Made by a program: the position numbers and the translations under genes. This document shows, piece by piece, positions 41,036-43,862 of a DNA stretch of 43,862 bases. The stretch is taken from contig CALRMF020000001.1 of assembly GCA_943369035.1 (NCBI GenBank), positions 1 through 43,862 of the forward strand, read 5' to 3'. Positions within the stretch are counted from its first letter, which is position 1. Every line of letters starts with the position of its first letter. Source of the DNA: Curvibacter sp. AEP1-3 (lineage in GTDB: Bacteria > Pseudomonadota > Gammaproteobacteria > Burkholderiales > Burkholderiaceae_C). The notes below the pieces were generated by a model, which saw only the letters and a program-made list of their open reading frames with translations, was not told the origin of the DNA and searched no databases.

Positions 41036-42597
41036 GGCGGCTGTTGCGCGGCGTCTTCATCGTCTGGATCGTGCTGCGCTACGGTCTGGACGAGCTGGTG
41101 CTGACCAGTTTCCAGAAGCCCTGGCTGCGCGTCATCGCCCGTATCGTTTCCATAGGCCGCAACCTGAATGCGCCGCGCGGGGTGCGTCTGCGCGAGGCGT
41201 TGGAGCGCCTGGGGCCGATCTTCGTCAAGTTCGGCCAGGTGCTATCGACCCGGCGCGACCTGCTGCCGCCCGATGTGGCCGAGGAACTGGCCAAGCTGCA
41301 GGACCGGGTGCCACCCTTCAGTTCGGACGTGGCGGTGGCCACCATCGAGCGTGCCTTCCGCAAGCCGATCGAGCAGATCTTCCTTGAGTTCGAGCGCCAG
41401 CCGGTGGCCAGCGCCTCCATCGCCCAGGTGCACTTCGCCAAGCTGCGCGACCGCGACGGGCGCGAGCGCGAGGTGGCGGTCAAGGTGCTGCGCCCGGGCA
41501 TGCTGCCAGTGATCGAGAAGGACCTGAGCCTGATGCGCATGATGGCCGGCTGGGTGGAAGGCCTGTCGTCGGACGGCAAGCGCCTCAAGCCGCGTGAAGT
41601 GGTGGCCGAGTTCGACAAGTACCTGCACGACGAGCTGGACCTGATGCGCGAGGCCGCCAGCGCGGCCCAACTGCGCCGCAACATGGCGGGGCTGGATCTG
41701 GTGCTGATCCCCGAGATGTTCTGGGACTTCTGCCACAACGACGTGCTGGTGATGGAGCGCATGAAGGGCATTCCGATCAGCCAGACCGCGCGCCTGCGCG
41801 AAGCGGGTGTGGACATGAAGAGATTAGCGCGCGACGGCGTGACCATCTTCTTCACCCAGGTCTTTCGCGACGGTTTCTTCCATGCCGACATGCACCCGGG
41901 CAACATCTTCGTCAGCACCGACCCGGCCACCTTCGGGCGCTACATCTCGCTTGATTTCGGCATCGTCGGGACCCTGACCGAGTACGACAAGGAATACCTG
42001 GCGCAGAACTTCACGGCCTTCTTCCGCCGCGACTACAAGCGCGTGGCCGAACTGCACATCGAATCCGGCTGGGTGCCGCCGCAGACCCGGGTTGACGAGC
42101 TGGAGGCGGGCATCCGGGCGGTGTGCGAACCTTATTTCGACCGGCCGCTGAAGGAGATTTCCCTCGGCATGGTGCTGATGCGCCTGTTCCAGACCTCGCG
42201 CCGCTTCAATGTGGAGATCCAGCCGCAGCTGGTGCTGCTGCAGAAGACCCTGCTCAATATCGAGGGCCTGGGTCGCGAGCTCGACCCCGATCTGGACCTG
42301 TGGAGCACCGCCAAGCCCTTTCTGGAGAAGTGGATGACCGACCAGATCGGGCCGCGCCGCTTCTGGGAGGAACTGAAGAACCAGGCGCCGCGCTACGCCA
42401 AGCTGCTGCCTGACCTGCCGCGCCTGCTGCACGACTACCTGCGCCAGCAGCCGGACCGCGAACGGCGGGAGCTGCTGGCCCTGCTGGCCGAGCAGCGCCA
42501 TACCAACCGCCTGTTGCAGGGCCTGGCCTACGCTGGCATCGGTTTTGCATTGGGGTTGGTCGTGATGCAGGTGCTGGTGCACGTCCACTGGTTCTGA
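41032..42597 (+). CDS. ubiB: Ubiquinone biosynthesis atypical kinase
   Basis: [42 protein letters not shown] and DFGIVG motifs; ATGA overlap with ubiJ. Confidence 0.97.
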   Translation: MRRLLRGVFIVWIVLRYGLDELVLTSFQKPWLRVIARIVSIGRNLNAPRGVRLREALERLGPIFVKFGQVLSTRRDLLPPDVAEELAKLQDRVPPFSSDVAVATIERAFRKPIEQIFLEFERQPVASASIAQVHFAKLRDRDGREREVAVKVLRPGMLPVIEKDLSLMRMMAGWVEGLSSDGKRLKPREVVAEFDKYLHDELDLMREAASAAQLRRNMAGLDLVLIPEMFWDFCHNDVLVMERMKGIPISQTARLREAGVDMKRLARDGVTIFFTQVFRDGFFHADMHPGNIFVSTDPATFGRYISLDFGIVGTLTEYDKEYLAQNFTAFFRRDYKRVAELHIESGWVPPQTRVDELEAGIRAVCEPYFDRPLKEISLGMVLMRLFQTSRRFNVEIQPQLVLLQKTLLNIEGLGRELDPDLDLWSTAKPFLEKWMTDQIGPRRFWEELKNQAPRYAKLLPDLPRLLHDYLRQQPDRERRELLALLAEQRHTNRLLQGLAYAGIGFALGLVVMQVLVHVHWF

Positions 42598-42640
42598 CGC
42601 GATAATCCGGGCCAATTTTTAAAGGACTGAGGAGCAAGCC

Positions 42641-43862
42641 GTGCTGCTGACGCTGGTCATCGTTTATCTGCTGGTCACCATTGCCATCGGCCTGGTGGCC
42701 GCCAAACGCGTCAAGAACTCGGCCGACTTTGCGATTGCCGGTCGCAAGCTGCCGCTCATCATGATCGTCACCACGACGTTCGCCACCTGGTTCGGCTCCG
42801 AGACCGTGCTGGGCATCCCGGCCAAGTTCGTCAACGGCGGCCTCGGCAGCGTGGTGGAAGACCCGTTCGGCGCGGGCTTCTGCCTGATCCTGGTCGGCAT
42901 CTTCTTCGCCGCGCGGCTGTACCGCATGACCCTGCTGACCATCAGTGACTTCTTCCGCGAGCGCTATGGCCGCAGCGTCGAGGTGGTGTGCTCGCTCATC
43001 ATCATGGTCAGCTACCTGGGCTGGGTGTCGGCGCAGGTGACGGCGCTGGGCCTGGTGTTCCACGTGCTGTCGGGGCAGGCCATCAGCATCCCGCTGGGCA
43101 TGGTCATCGGCGTGGTGTCCATCCTGGCCTACACCCTGTTCGGCGGCATGTGGTCGGTGGCGGTGACCGACTTCATCCAGATGATCATCCTGGTCGGCGG
43201 CCTGGCCATCCTGGCGGTCTTTGCCAGCCACATGGCCGGCGGTGCCGACAAGGTGGTGGCGCTGGCGGTCAGCCGCGACATGTTCAACTTCTTTCCCGAG
43301 CCGAACTTCAAGGACATCGTCTTCTTCATTGCCGCCGCCATCACCATGATGCTGGGCTCGATCCCGCAGCAGGACGTGTTCCAGCGCGTGATGTCCGCCG
43401 ACAGCACGAAGTCGGCCACGCGCGGCCCCATCATCGGCGGTGTGGCCTACATCCTGTTCGCCTTCGTGCCCATGTTCCTCGTGACCAGCGCCCTGGTCAT
43501 CATGCCGGAGCAGGCCCAGGTCCTGTTGCAGGACGATCCGCAGAAGGTGCTGCCGACGCTGGTGCTGGAGAAGATGCCCTTCATCATGCAGGTGCTGTTC
43601 TTCGGCGCGCTGTTGTCGGCCATCAAGTCCTGTGCCTCGGCCACGTTGCTGGCACCGAGCGTGACCTTTGTCGAAAACATCTGGCGCCAGTTTCGCCCGC
43701 ACATGGGCGACCAGCAGGAGCTCAAGACCATGCGCATCACGGTGCTGGTGTTCAGCGCGCTGGTGCTGGCCTACGCCATCTTCATGCAGGGCACCTCGAT
43801 CTACGAGATGGTGTCCGGTGCCTACCAGGTCACGCTGGTCGGCGCGTTCGTGCCGCTGACCT
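42641..43862 (+). CDS. Sodium:solute symporter family protein (partial; runs off the window)
   Basis: GAGGAG ribosome-binding site and GTG start; VLLTLVIVYLLVTIAIG, DFAIAGRKLP, FATWFGSETVLG, YTLFGGMWSVAVTD, GSIPQQDVFQR; absent from the ORF track because it has no stop in the window. Confidence 0.9.
   Translation, partial: MLLTLVIVYLLVTIAIGLVAAKRVKNSADFAIAGRKLPLIMIVTTTFATWFGSETVLGIPAKFVNGGLGSVVEDPFGAGFCLILVGIFFAARLYRMTLLTISDFFRERYGRSVEVVCSLIIMVSYLGWVSAQVTALGLVFHVLSGQAISIPLGMVIGVVSILAYTLFGGMWSVAVTDFIQMIILVGGLAILAVFASHMAGGADKVVALAVSRDMFNFFPEPNFKDIVFFIAAAITMMLGSIPQQDVFQRVMSADSTKSATRGPIIGGVAYILFAFVPMFLVTSALVIMPEQAQVLLQDDPQKVLPTLVLEKMPFIMQVLFFGALLSAIKSCASATLLAPSVTFVENIWRQFRPHMGDQQELKTMRITVLVFSALVLAYAIFMQGTSIYEMVSGAYQVTLVGAFVPLT

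Overview
A GC-rich betaproteobacterial chromosome segment whose gene content and order resemble Comamonadaceae. It is almost entirely core genome: argJ-DUF815 ATPase-mutT; pilB-pilC-pilD-coaE-zapD-yacG; tRNA-Pro(CGG); ispB; rplU-rpmA-obgE-proB; rppH; proS; hemA-prfA-prmC; grxD; ugpBAECQ; a large FAD/Fe-S oxidoreductase followed by HIT, DUF971, ubiE, Tim44-like, ubiJ and ubiB; and a sodium:solute symporter that runs off the end of the window. I see no prophage, transposase, integrase or CRISPR array. Five things stand out. (1) A three-gene signalling cassette sits between prmC and grxD: an orphan periplasmic binding protein, an orphan Cache-HAMP-PAS-PAS histidine kinase and a CBS-PAS-GGDEF cyclase, with a palindrome-rich divergent promoter. 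(2) Three gap-free copies of a degenerate ~64-bp two-palindrome intergenic element overlap or fill gene junctions. (3) A second structured REP/MITE-like element follows argJ. (4) There is a stand-alone Lon-type AAA+ module with no protease domain. (5) A well-spaced Pho-box/-10 promoter lies upstream of ugpB. All product calls come from motif recognition by eye; no database searches were run.
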